A stretch of 55,204 nucleotides of DNA, taken from assembly GCA_009602725.1 (NCBI GenBank), contig WELB01000006.1, positions 1,012,140-1,067,343 of the forward strand, written 5' to 3'. How positions within the stretch are numbered: position 1 is the first letter of the stretch; each line of letters opens with the position of its first letter. Shown here in pieces: positions 12,129 to 23,770 of this stretch. The notes under the pieces were generated by a model. The model saw only the letters and a program-made list of their open reading frames with translations. It had not been told where the DNA came from and did no database searches. The translations under genes and the position numbers were made by a program. Source of the DNA: Spirogloea muscicola (lineage: Eukaryota).

Positions 12129-12849
12129 GGCAGAGAATTGACATGCATTGGGACTGCCTCGCCTGTCCCCTGGAGGCTCCTAACATTGCCACTGCTCTGA
12201 AGGTAGAGCTGAAAGCTCATGCAGAAGCTCTACTCGGGCAGGCCGAGTGCTCGTTGAGCTGCACCTGGAGGGTCTTCTGGGCCTGTTAGCTCCTGCAGTT
12301 TGTGTTGTAAGTGCCGCTTCTCCAGATTCATGGGAAGCTGTCACTTTCCTGCTGTCCGCTGCCACAGCCCGCCCGCCCAGCTAAGAAAGGCTTATCGTCC
12401 TGCAGGCTTGCATTCAGTGCACGTTCACAGCAGGGACAATGGGGCACGCTGCAGCACGTGCTTCTTCAGGCAGCAACTCTTCACCAGGCTTGGTTGGGGA
12501 CGCCGCACCTCTCAGGTGGACATTGCTCAGTCTCCCACTGATATCATGTAGGCAACATACTGCCACTCTCGCCACACTAAAGGACTGGGGAAAAATAGTC
12601 GCGCTCCCACCTTCACTTCCAACGTGCTGTCCTTATCGTCAGCTCCTCACTGCCAACAATTTTGAGGCAGTGCATTTTCCCCTCTGCCAGTACCTATGGC
12701 TCGCCATCGTCACCAGACCTCTAGCGGTCCGTCCATTTGGGCAGACAGAGCCAGTGGGCGCAAGAGCCGCTCGCATCAAAGAGTAGTCAGTAGAGGGGGC
12801 CACCTTCTGTGCCGGTCCCTTGTCTCACCATGAGTCGAGGAGGCCCATG

Positions 12850-14285
12850 TAAGCTGGCCACGTCACAGCTGCGAGAGCTTTTTCGGTTGGGCGATGGCTG
12901 TGAACATAGTAGCTTCTTCAAAGGGGGCGAGGGATGTGAAAAGCCAGACCGAAAGAAGTTGACAGGGTCCGAAGGGGCCGAGAAGTGCTGTGAAAGGCCA
13001 GCCCAGAAAGAGAAGGACAAGGTAGAAATGAGGCCGGAAGCGCTAAGCAGCAGCAGACGCCTCATTGATACGGAGTGGGAAAAGGGTCTAGGACTTCTGA
13101 AGAGAAAGAGGAGAGAGACGCTTCCAGTAGAGGCGATGGCTGTGAGTGGCCAGCCCAGAAAAATGAAATAATAATGTTCGAAGAGGCCAGAGAAAGCGCA
13201 AAGCACACAGTGACTCAGCATAGTGTAATCAGAAAAGAACATTTCTCAAAATGGGCGGGCCTTTGAAAGGCCACCCAGAAAGAGTGGGCAAGGTTTGATG
13301 AGCCGGAAGGCGCCAGAAGCACAATGCTACACGAGAGACCACGGCGAATGGGTGACTAGGAAGAAAGTGCTCGCCCATACAGAGTAGGGGCTGGCAAAGC
13401 AGAAGAAAGTGCTCGCCCATAGAGAAGAGGGGCTGGCAAAGCTAGCCCAAAAAAGAAAGGACAATGTACGAAGCCAAAGGAAGAGGAGCCGGAAAAAGGA
13501 CTGAACCACAAAACACTGCAAAACACATAGACGATGCAGAGGGAAGCTCAGTATCCACGAGTGAGCCAGCCCAAACAAGAATGGACAATGTCCAAAGCCA
13601 AAGAAAGAGGAGCCGGAAAAAGGACCACTACAAAACACTGCAAAACTCACGAGTGATTAGGCTCCTCTTTCCGGCTTCCGGATTTCCCGGCTCCTCTTTC
13701 TTTGGCTTTGGACATTGTCCATTCTTTTTTGGGCTGGCTTTGCCAGCCACTCTTCTCTTCGCGGCCCTGGCGATGGATGTACACGGGGCTTTCGGCAGCC
13801 GCTGGCTGGATCTCATTCAGCGGCTTGCCCGCCAGGCCATTGACCGGCGGCCGGGTCTGCCAGGGGCGATGCCCGGCTTCAACGCCGCCGGTTCGCTCGC
13901 ACAAGTCTTCCGCATGCGCCTGGCCGTATCGCTTCAACGCTCCCTTGCCCACGCCGTCCAATCGCGCGCAGGCCGCGCTATGGCCGCCGCCTCTGGGTCT
14001 CGGCGGAGTGCCTCTTTCCCTGCAGCGAGCTACTCAGACCTGCTGATGTTGCTCACTCGTGGGTACTGAGCTTTCCTCTGCATCGTTTCTGTGTTCTGCA
14101 GTGTTTTGTAGTTTCTCCGGCTCCTCTTTCTTTGGCTTTGGACATTGTCCATTCTTTTTTGGGCTGGCTTCTCTATGGGCGCGCATTTTTCTTCTCTATG
14201 GGCGCGCACTGCTTCGATTAGGCACCCCGAGTCAGCAGCCGCTACTTAAGTCGCAGTAACTTGCAGCTGGATTGATTTGCAGCTC
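12850..14285. mobile_element. Dense cluster of retroelement 3'-UTR fragments (minus 12850-13650, plus 13660-14210) with RLE fragment 13758-14069
   Basis: Repeated GGGCTGGC..CAGCC and TATGGGCGAGCAC motifs; 13758-14110 is nearly identical to 4827-5180. Confidence 0.85.
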
Positions 14286-14579
14286 CTGCTTCTCCCTCTA
14301 GCGAGCCGGCTCCACTCGGGGGCCCTTCAGTTTCGGCAGGGCACAACCGTCCGATCGCTTCCACCAGGATGTATGTAATCGACGGGTCACGCTCGCGCAT
14401 GGCCAAGCCAGCTGTCGTCCTTGCAGGCCGCCGCGTAGTCGTGCTGATTGTCGATTGCGCCGACGCGGTGCCACGTGGCCGTGTCGGCAGAGGCACGGCG
14501 GGGCCGCGAGACGGCGCGGAGCCCGCCGCATTTCCCGTCGCGAGACGCGCCGCCAATCGCGGGGCGACCCTGAGCAGCC

Positions 14580-16339
14580 ATGGCGGCGCGCGACGGCGAG
14601 GGCGGCTCCGAGGCCGACGCCGCCAGCGGCGNNNNNNNNNNNNNNNNNNNNNNNNNNNNNNNNNNNNNNNNNNNNNNNNNNNNNNNNNNNNNNNNNNNNN
14701 NNNNNNNNNNNNNNNNNNNNNNNNNNNNNNNNNNNNNNNNNNNNNNNNNNNNNNNNNNNNNNNNNNNNNNNNNNNNNNNNNNNNNNNNNNNNNNNNNNNN
14801 NNNNNNNNNNNNNNNNNNNNNNNNNNNNNNNNNNNNNNNNNNNNNNNNNNNNNNNNNNNNNNNNNNNNNNNNNNNNNNNNNNNNNNNNNNNNNNNNNNNN
14901 NNNNNNNNNNNNNNNNNNNNNNNNNNNNNNNNNNNNNNNNNNNNNNNNNNNNNNNNNNNNNNNNNNNNNNNNNNNNNNNNNNNNNNNNNNNNNNNNNNNN
15001 NNNNNNNNNNNNNNNNNNNNNNNNNNNNNNNNNNNNNNNNNNNNNNNNNNNNNNNNNNNNNNNNNNNNNNNNNNNNNNNNNNNNNNNNNNNNNNNNNNNN
15101 NNNNNNNNNNNNNNNNNNNNNNNNNNNNNNNNNNNNNNNNNNNNNNNNNNNNNNNNNNNNNNNNNNNNNNNNNNNNNNNNNNNNNNNNNNNNNNNNNNNN
15201 NNNNNNNNNNNNNNNNNNNNNNNNNNNNNNNNNNNNNNNNNNNNNNNNNNNNNNNNGGAAGCGCCGCCGCCCGCCGTCGCTCTCCGCACGCAGCCGCAGG
15301 AAGCGCGGCAGCGGCGACCGCGGCGGTACGGAGGGCGGCGGCGGGGCTGCAACAGAGGACGGGGAGGCCGGCAAGACCTCGCCGCAGCAGAGGCTGGAGG
15401 AGGTGGCCAAGGCCGCCGGCCTGGATTACCGGGACCTGGAGTCGGCGCTGGTCGGCCTGCACCAGAAGCACAACCGCGCATATGACCGGTGTCCCGGCGG
15501 CGCCGCCTGCAAGGGCCTCACGCAGCAGCAGAAGAATGCCGGCGACCAGAAGGCCAGTTGAGCAGCTGCTGCCCTCATGGGCCGGCTGAGGAGTCTTGCA
15601 GATAGCTGGCGGCCAGTTGCTCCTGCGCATGCCTGCCTCTGCTCGCTTGCACCATCTGAGCTCCATGCAAGCCAAGGCCTTCTAGCAGCCATCACCCCGA
15701 CCACCGCAACCTTGCCACTCCCCCTCGCAGCGTAGCCTGAGAGACATTCTATGACAGCTGCAGTTGCCACACGCCTCTGCTCGGATGCACATTACTTGCC
15801 ATGGACAGCGCTGCGTGCACAGACGGACACATGGCCACATGAACATGCATGCCTCTGGGTCACAGTCGAGATGAGTGTGTTCATGGCCTGTGTTGTTCTA
15901 GTGCTGTTTTTTCCTTTCAGCAGCAATTTACCAGCAAGAGCTTGTTGCTCAGTTTGCACCTTTTGTCAATCGTGCAACTGGCAGACTTCTTGTGGCGGCA
16001 CCTTCTTCTGGGTTTCGTTGGTTGACTGTTGTGAATGACATAGTTTTCCTAGAATGGAACCTGCGCTCATTTGAAGGCCCGGCAGGCTTGCAGAGCTGGC
16101 TGGCGTTCTGCTCTAATAACAAGTGGCCGTTTCGAGCAAGATCACGAGACCTGGTAGTAGAGGCAGTATTGCTGCAGGCGGCAGTGTCATTGCATCTGAT
16201 TTGCTCGAATGACTTGGTTACCACCCGAGGTTTTCTTACAGAGGCATGTGTAATCTCCAATCATAGAAAAGTCAGACCACCATTCAATCCCAGCAAGCTA
16301 AACTGCAACTGCAATCTAACTTCAGTTGACGGCACATAG
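14580..16339 (+). CDS. Hypothetical protein, partly hidden by a gap; exon structure uncertain
   Basis: gccATGG start at 14580; coding-like frame 15258-15552 (QRLEEVAKAAGLDYRDLESALVGLHQKHNRAYDRCPGGAACKGL); exon-like frame after tttcag at 15921 (AIYQQELVAQFAPF...LEWNLRSFEG). No family recognised. Confidence 0.35.
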
Positions 16340-16643
16340 ACGAGATATAGCAATGATTGGCTTGAATTTGGACAAATTTAAGTGCGACAACAGGGATGGA
16401 TGTAATTGTTGAGCAAGCACTTGTGATAAGCACACGCAAAATGCAATCACTCAATTGCAGGACGCATCTACTAGCTTTTCAGTCTAGGAACTTGCGGGGT
16501 AGACGCGTGTTTTGCTGCTAAGTGTTTTCATACACCGAGTCTCCTATCAGCAGGGCTCGCTTCAGTCGGCAGAATTCTGTACAATAACAAACCAAATTGT
16601 CTAAGTGCACCCTGTTCAAGTGCACCGCTAGCGACTGACATTG

Positions 16644-18326
16644 CTACAGATGTGCTATGATGCCCTTGTGATGGCCTTTGACACGGGTGTCAGGTGGAAG
16701 TGGGATGTCCTGCCACCCCGCTCTCGCCTTGATCTGCTCAATCAGGGCCGGCGTTGTTAGCGCCATCGTCCAGGCTTTGTAGAGCTCCTGCGGCCTGAAA
16801 ACGGTTCCAAACCGCAGGGCCTCGCTGTGCGCACCGTGCAAGAAGAGGTCACCCCCGAGCGTAGGCTCCCCGCAGCTGGCGCTGGGCGGTCGCTGGCCTG
16901 CGGTCAGGGCAATATGCTGGCCGAATCCAGTCTCATATCTCTGAGAATCCTGCTTCATGAAGTCACAGCATTCGCGGTAGCTGAACATGGAGCTCAGGTG
17001 GAGAGTCACTTAGGCAGCCAGTAGAAGGGAGGTCAGCGAGAGGCGTTCGAGGTGGCAGCCTTTGTGGCAAGTAAAGTCAGGCGAAGAGCTAGCGAGTCTA
17101 TACACTGATGTACCTTCTCGGCATAGTATTCAAAGGCCTTGCTGTTTCCAGTTGCTTCATAAATGTTGCACTGCGACAGGATCTGAATGCAGCACAGCAG
17201 GCACAGCGCTCAGTCTGACATTAACTGCGATTAGTGATAGTTATGTGACTAGTCAAGCTATGCCCTCACGCGCTGTGGCAGGGGGCTTGCTGAGCTTGAG
17301 GCAGTCCGGAGCAGCGGCGCTGCAGGATGGTGACCCGGGCCTCAACGGATGCATTGACGGCGTAGATAGCCCAGCCACGTGTGTGATTCTTCCAGAGGTG
17401 CACGCGCCCAAAGCGCACCTGTGGTGGCGCTGCTGCGATCATCCACATCCTTCGGGCTTGCGCGGATGAGCATCGTCTTGTCGTGCTTGAAGAAGTGGCA
17501 TCTGCCCATGAGCAATATACACTGGCACCATTTAGCGCCTGGCGTACACGGTGAGCCGGGAGCAAAGATGTGCAGGTTGCGCAAAGCTTGCGAAAGATAG
17601 AGAAAGAGGAGTGGAGGAGACAGGGAAGGACAGGGTGGGAGGGGGGCCAGGCTGAGGGCAGATCCTTGGGATTGGGACAGGGAGAAAGGGAATGCTGCTG
17701 CATCTTACAGTGTGACAGCAGCGGTCGATCCAAATGTGCTGCGCGCCCGGTTTGGACTGGATGGCGTCAGAGTTGTCGCTGCGACCCCCGGTGAAGGTCA
17801 GGTTGCACACAATCACATGGGTGCTGCCGTGCAGAAGCAGGCCGGCGCCGCGCAGCCGGACGTGCGCGCCGCGCCCGTCTAACGTCTCGTGTGCGCGCCG
17901 CGCACGTCTAACGTCTTGTGTGAGCCCACGCGCACGGCGGAGGCCAGGTTGATGTCGCCTGACACGTCAAAGACGATCCACAGGAAGCCCTTACGCCCGC
18001 AGGCCTCACGCAGGCTCCCATGCCCGGCGTCTGCAAGCAGCCGCCGCACGAGGCAGGCCGACGATGGCTCAGTACTTTTGAATATAGACAGCAACAAAAG
18101 GGGAGAGACGACGGCAGCAGCGGCGGCGGCGGCGGCAGCGGCGGCAACGGCGGCGGGGATGGACGACTTACCAGCGAGCCAGGTGACGTGGACGACGGGG
18201 CCGTCGCGGCCGTCTCACGGCGGCGGCGCCGAAGCCCTCGGCGGCGCCCGCCAGGCCGCGAAGCAAGGCGTCCAGGGCCGCGTAAGGGGCCTTGAGCGGC
18301 GGCGGCGGCCTCGCTGGTGGAGCCAT
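16644..18326 (-). pseudogene. Pectate lyase (PL1) pseudogene
   Basis: GLAGAAEGFG, SLREAC, WIVFDVSGDI, WIDRC, HDKTMLI, VRFGRVHL and AGWQDIP are present. Relative to the neighbouring paralog it has a +1 frameshift near 18215, a 29-bp tandem duplication, and lacks the DGLIDI and RISVHACFF segments. Confidence 0.8.
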
Positions 18327-18734
18327 CGCCGAGTGGGTCGCGCTGAGTGCGGCGGTGGTGGCGGGAGGCGCCTGCAGCATGGCGGGCGGGTGGGCAGAGC
18401 TGGGGATGCGAGAAGGCGGGCTGCAGCCTGGAGAGCTGGCGGACGGGCGGTCCGGCAGAGATGGATATGCTGCGAGGCGGGCTGCGGCCTGGGAAGGCGG
18501 CGGGCCCGGGCTCGGCGGCGAGAAGGAGCGGCGGGGGCGGAGAGCGCGGCGGCCGGCGGGCGTTGGGCAGGGGGGGCCGGCTGCGGGAGCCAGCCGACGG
18601 CAGTGTGCAGAGTGGGAGCGCGGCCTGGAGCTGGAGTGGAGCTACGGGGCCCCCCGCCGCGGCTGAAGACTGCAGCTCGGGTCGTCCGTCCCCCGGAGCT
18701 CGCCCCACGCCGTGGCCGCCCCGACACGGCGGGG

Positions 18735-20420
18735 GAAAGAAGAAATTGCTCGCCCATAGAAAAAGAGGGGCTAGCAAAGCCAGCCCAGAAGAGAATGGAC
18801 AATATCCGAAGGCCACAAAGGCCAGACAACGGTGTCGAACAAGAAAATACTACACACCAGGACACGAAATGATGCAGATGGGTGCTCAGTATCCACGGCT
18901 GAGCGACAGCAAATCAAAATAACTCAAAGCAGGAAAAGCGGCACTCCGCCGAGACCCTGAGGCAGTAGCCATAGCGCGGCCGGCGCGCGTGTGGACCGCG
19001 TGAGCCAGAAAATGCGCTTCGAAAAGAAGAAGGGCTTGCCCATTGAGGATAGGGGCTGGAATGAGCCAGCCCAAAAAATGAATGGACGAAGGACGACAAG
19101 GGGCCAGGGGAAGCACTAAGAAAGACAAGCATAAACGCTAAGCAGCTACGAAGCACTCAGTAAGCCCTGCTAAGCAGCCTCAAGTCAGAGAGACTGGGTT
19201 CCTGGAAGCCAGAGAATTTTCCTGGAAGCCAGAGAGCGCTGGAGCAAGACCGCCAGCTTCATGCGGAATACCTGAGCGAGGGAGCCGGCAGCTTTGGCGG
19301 GGGTGGAGATGCTCGGCAGCAGGAAGTCAGCGCCGGGGGGGCGAGAATCGCCGCGAGCGGCCGGACGGGCCGGCGGGCAGGTGCGAGGCTGGGGGGGTGG
19401 GAATCGGCTTTGGGCTCCTGGGGGAGGTGCGGTCGTCGAGGGCGTTGTCTCTAGGTACCTGGCGCTCGAAGCCGGCGCGGCAACTCCGAAGTGGGCGGCG
19501 ACGCGCTTCGGCCCTGGTGTGCCGCATGACTCCTGTATGGCTTTGGCGCCTTTCGGCCGTTTTCTGGGACCTTGTTGAATCATTTACTTTGGGCTTGGCT
19601 GGCCTCTCCCAGCTACCAGTTAATCTTGCCGCGCTTGCTTTCCGGCTGGCTTGAGGGTCAATGCCTCGGGGGACGAAGCGTTGACGTGGTCACCGCAGAT
19701 GTGGTGGACCGTTCCAACCCGGGGCCATCTGCCTCAAGGGCTGCCATGCAGCGGCCAACGCCGCTCGCAGAAAGGCGACGGTGTACGCGGACCACCCGGC
19801 AGGGGACGAGCTCTTCCCCCTGGCCGTCGGTGTGCACGGGGCTTTTGGGTGCCAGTGGCTCGACCTCTTGGCCCGCCTTGCATGACGCGCTGTGTCCCGC
19901 AGGCGAGGTGGAGCAGGCCGACTTCAGCGCCGCTGGCTCGCTAGCTCAGGTCTTTCGTATGCGCCTCTCCGTCTCTCTCCGGCGCTTTCATGGCCCACGC
20001 CTTGCACCTGCGTGCTGGCCGTGCTCTAGCTGCACCCTCTGGGGGCGTCAGGGGATTGCTTTCCGGCTGTGAGTCTTTCTTATATGCGGCTCCTCACTCG
20101 TGTTGACCAAGTGATTCATCTGAGACAGCGCTTTTGGCTCCTTCGGACCTTGTCAAAACTGTTCGGGCTGGCTATTCATAGCCCTTGCCCCCTTCTAGGA
20201 GCCACATTCTCACAGCCCTCGCCCCCCCAAAGAGAGCCAGTATCTTTTCTTTTCTGTTGCCCTGCAGCATCCACGCAAGGATCTGGGTGCTGTCATGCCC
20301 AACAGCAGCCTACAGCTTCTAGCAGGAAGACTGCTACTGCTATCCTCTTAGTATCTCCGACTTGTGGCTGGTAATCAGGAGTTACTGAGCGGACTAGCTG
20401 CCATCTTTTCAATTTACAGC
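18735..20420. mobile_element. Cluster of decayed CRE-like retroelement 3' fragments in both orientations
   Basis: AHAVHTRAGRAMA...LSLSRGY* (18886, -), AGSLAQVFRMKLAV (about 19230-19295, -), DVVTADVVD...AGSLAQVFRMRLSV (19680-20110, +), plus hairpin UTR motifs. Confidence 0.8.
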
Positions 20421-21644
20421 TTTGTCTGCATTCAGACCTTTCTGGACCTGTCATTTGTTTGCAGGCTGGCCCTTCACCGTCCTCGCCCCCTTTAGAAGAG
20501 GTGCTGCTTCTTCTTCGAAAGAGCTGCTTTTCTTTTCCACAGCCATCGACTGCTTCTGACATTTCCTGGCACCTCTTTTTCCTGGAAGAGCTCGTCTGTC
20601 TTGCATGTCCACCAGGGATCTGTGCTGGGTCCCAGCTAGGCTCACTTGACTGCTAGGCCAATAGCGCCAATTATCTAAGATCTAAGACACACACACACAC
20701 ATCTCCTCACAACCGAAGGGACGGCCAGCGGCTGCCGATGGCTAAGGAGCGGCTGAAAAAAGCAGCCGAGTGCATGCAGAGGGAGAGGTGAGGGCTTTGG
20801 AGAGGAAAGGTTTCGGAGAGAGCGATGTGGGAGGAGACAGAGGGAGGGAGGAAGAGGTAGCGGGAAGAGGGAGAGAGGGAGAGGAGGAGAGGGAAGGGGC
20901 GGGGGCCGGAAGGGGGGNNNNNNNNNNNNNNNNNNNNNNNNNNNNNNNNNNNNNNNNNNNNNNNNNNNNNNNNNNNNNNNNNNNNNNNNNNNNNNNNNNN
21001 NNNNNNNNNNNNNNNNNNNNNNNNNNNNNNNNNNNNNNNNNNNNNNNNNNNNNNNNNNNNNNNNNNNNNNNNNNNNNNNNNNNNNNNNNNNNNNNNNNNN
21101 NNNNNNNNNNNNNNNNNNNNNNNNNNNNNNNNNNNNNNNNNNNNNNNNNNNNNNNNNNNNNNNNNNNNNNNNNNNNNNNNNNNNNNNNNNNNNNNNNNNN
21201 NNNNNNNNNNNNNNNNNNNNNNNNNNNNNNNNNNNNNNNNNNNNNNNNNNNNNNNNNNNNNNNNNNNNNNNNNNNNNNNNNNNNNNNNNNNNNNNNNNNN
21301 NNNNNNNNNNNNNNNNNNNNNNNNNNNNNNNNNNNNNNNNNNNNNNNNNNNNNNNNNNNNNNNNNNNNNNNNNNNNNNNNNNNNNNNNNNNNNNNNNNNN
21401 NNNNNNNNNNNNNNNNNNNNNNNNNNNNNNNNNNNNNNNNNNNNNNNNNNNNNNNNNNNNNNNNNNNNNNNNNNNNNNNNNNNNNNNNNNNNNNNNNNNN
21501 NNNNNNNNNNNNNNNNNNNNNNNNNNNNNNNNNNNNNNNNNNNNNNNNNNNNNNNNNNNNNNNNNNNNNNNNNNNNNNNNNNNNNNNNNNNNNNNNNNNN
21601 NNNNNNNNNNNNNNNNNNNNNNNNNNNNNNNNNNNNNNNNNNNN

Positions 21645-22778
21645 TGCTGACCTGGGCCTCTACAGATGCACAGACGGCGTAGATGCCCCAGCCACGCGTG
21701 TAATTATTCCAGAGGTGCACCCGGCCAAAGCGAACCCGTGGGTGGCGCTGCCGTGTTCCATCAAAGAAGCATGCATGCACGCTGATGCGCATGCAGCGGT
21801 CCTCCACGTGCTTTGGGTCTGCGCCAATGAGCATTGTCTTGTCGTGCTTGAAAAAGTGGCACCTGCCCGCGTTCAGAACATACTGGCAATCAATGTCACT
21901 TGGGTAGAGGAAGAGTAAGGAGCAGGATGCGCATGATGCCCAGAGGGAGAGAGAGACTGAGAGAAGTGGAAGAGAGAGAAGAGACGGGACGAATGGAAAA
22001 CAGGGGGGAAGGGGGGGCATGTGAACCTGGGGGAAGGGAGGGGGTGGAATGGGGGGTTTTTGAGAGAACCTAAGTCCCATTAAATTCACAAAGGGGGTGG
22101 GAGCAAGGGGTGGCTGCTGCACTGTTCCAGGGTGACGCTGAAAGTGACTCTTACCTGGATATGGTAATATCGGTGGAAGCGCGTGTGATGTCAATTAGGC
22201 CGTCGTCGTAGTCAGAAAGAGAGCAGCGGTCAATCCAGAGGTGCTGCGCACCCGGCTTCACCTGGATGCCATCTGCGTCGTGGCCGCGGCCTCCCGTGAA
22301 GGCCAGGTTGCACACAATCACGTGGGTGCTGCCGCGCAACAGCAGGCCGGCACCGAGCAGCCGGACATGGGCGCCGCGCCCGTCCAGCGTCTTGTACGAG
22401 GCCACGCGGACGCCGGAGGCCAGCTTAATGTCGCCGGACACATCAAAGACGATCCACAGGGGCTCCTGACGCCCGCAGGCCTCACGCAGACTCCCAGGCC
22501 CAGCATCTGGGGTCGCCACCGTAGAAGGCCGCCATCGGCCTGGTGTTTTGCAATATGAAGAGCAGCAAACATACGAAGATGACGGCGACAGTGGCAGCGG
22601 CCATGGCGGCAGTAGTGGCAGCGGCGGTACACGACTTGCCAGCGAGCGTGGTGACGTGGAAGACGGGGCCGTCGCGGCCGCCCACGGCGGCGGCGCCGAA
22701 GCCCTCGGCGGCGCCCGCCAGGCCGCGCAGCGAGGTGTCCACGGCCGCGTACAGGGCCAGCAGCGGCGGCGAGCTCAT
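21645..22778 (-). CDS. Pectate lyase (PL1), type lacking an obvious signal peptide; 3' end lies in the gap
   Basis: GLAGAAEGFG..VFHVTTLADAGPGSLREAC..WIVFDVSG..KTLDGRG..DADGIQ..WIDRCSLSDYDDGLIDI..HDKTMLIG..RHPRVRFG, with Ca-binding Asp residues and the RxPxxR motif intact. Exons 22778-22640, about 22506-22154, and about 21862 to the gap. Confidence 0.9.
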
Positions 22779-23139
22779 GGGCCTTGTCGCCAAGCCCGGT
22801 GCCGCCCGCGGCGCTGATGGCCGCGGGCGGCTGCAGCAGTGGCCTATGGCTGGCGGGCCGACGCGGCAACGTCGGAGCTGGGCTACGAGGTGGGCCGCGG
22901 CTTCGCACAGCGATCAGCCCATGAGCTGACGGCCGCCGGCACCTTGAGCTGCGCGCCGGACCAGCACGGGGGCCCAGCAGCGGGAGGATCCTCGAACCAG
23001 CGAGCTGCGGGCGGAGCCAGGAGCGGAAAGAGCCAGGAGCTGAGGAAGCCGGGCAAGAGAGGTGGAAGTGAGGGGAAAGCCGGCAAAACAGGGGGAGTGG
23101 GAAGGCGAGTACCTGGTAGCTGAGGACTGCTGTGAAAGC

Positions 23140-23770
23140 CAAGCCGACTGTATATGGAGGAGAAGAATGTGCTCGCCCATAGAGAAGAGTGGCTGGCAAA
23201 GCCAGCCCAAAAAGAGAAGGAAGCATATGGCTCTCCCAAAAAAAATGGAGTGTGTATCAAGTGGAGGGCCTGTATGGCCAAGTACGAAGGCAGGCACATT
23301 GACAGATGTACATCACCTGCGCGTTGAGCTGACCCGTTCAATGACGACGAGTCAGCACATAGAGGTCGCCGACTGATGCCCGACTACCGGACAGCATTTG
23401 ACAAGCTCGAGTTACTTTGGAAGCACTTTTCCTTCTTCTTGTGCCACCAGCTAAGGCTCAACCAGCTTTCTGGTGCAAAGCATGAGCCCGAGCTCGCCGC
23501 AAACAGGCTGAGACACGACGTCGCAAATATGACAAAGGCAGGGGGAGTCCGGGCTGCTACTTTTAGGAAAGAGAGAGTGAGAGAGGGTGAGAACAGCTAT
23601 TCCGCCCTCTAGTTATTCCGACTTGCACTTGCTGACTAGAGGTTATTGAGCGCCTCTTGCTGACGTCTTGAGGACTAGTATCTCTCCTTCCGGCCCTTTC
23701 AGACCTTGTACATCCCTTTGGGCTGGCCTCTCACAGCCATTGCCGTAGATTGGAAGAGCTGTTTCTTCTA
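23140..23770. mobile_element. Retroelement 3' fragments including a divergent second subfamily
   Basis: The minus strand at 23338-23530 reads YLRRRVSACLRRARAHALHQKAG*ALA...GDLYVLTRRH*, homologous to the RLE C-terminus. Its UTR (23245-23340) matches 7232-7330 in inverted orientation. Confidence 0.7.

Noticed and set aside
12890..13760. CRISPR-like array of palindromic repeats
   Set aside because: Spacing is irregular, orientations are mixed, spacers are homologous to each other, no cas genes are present, and retroelement UTRs explain the pattern.
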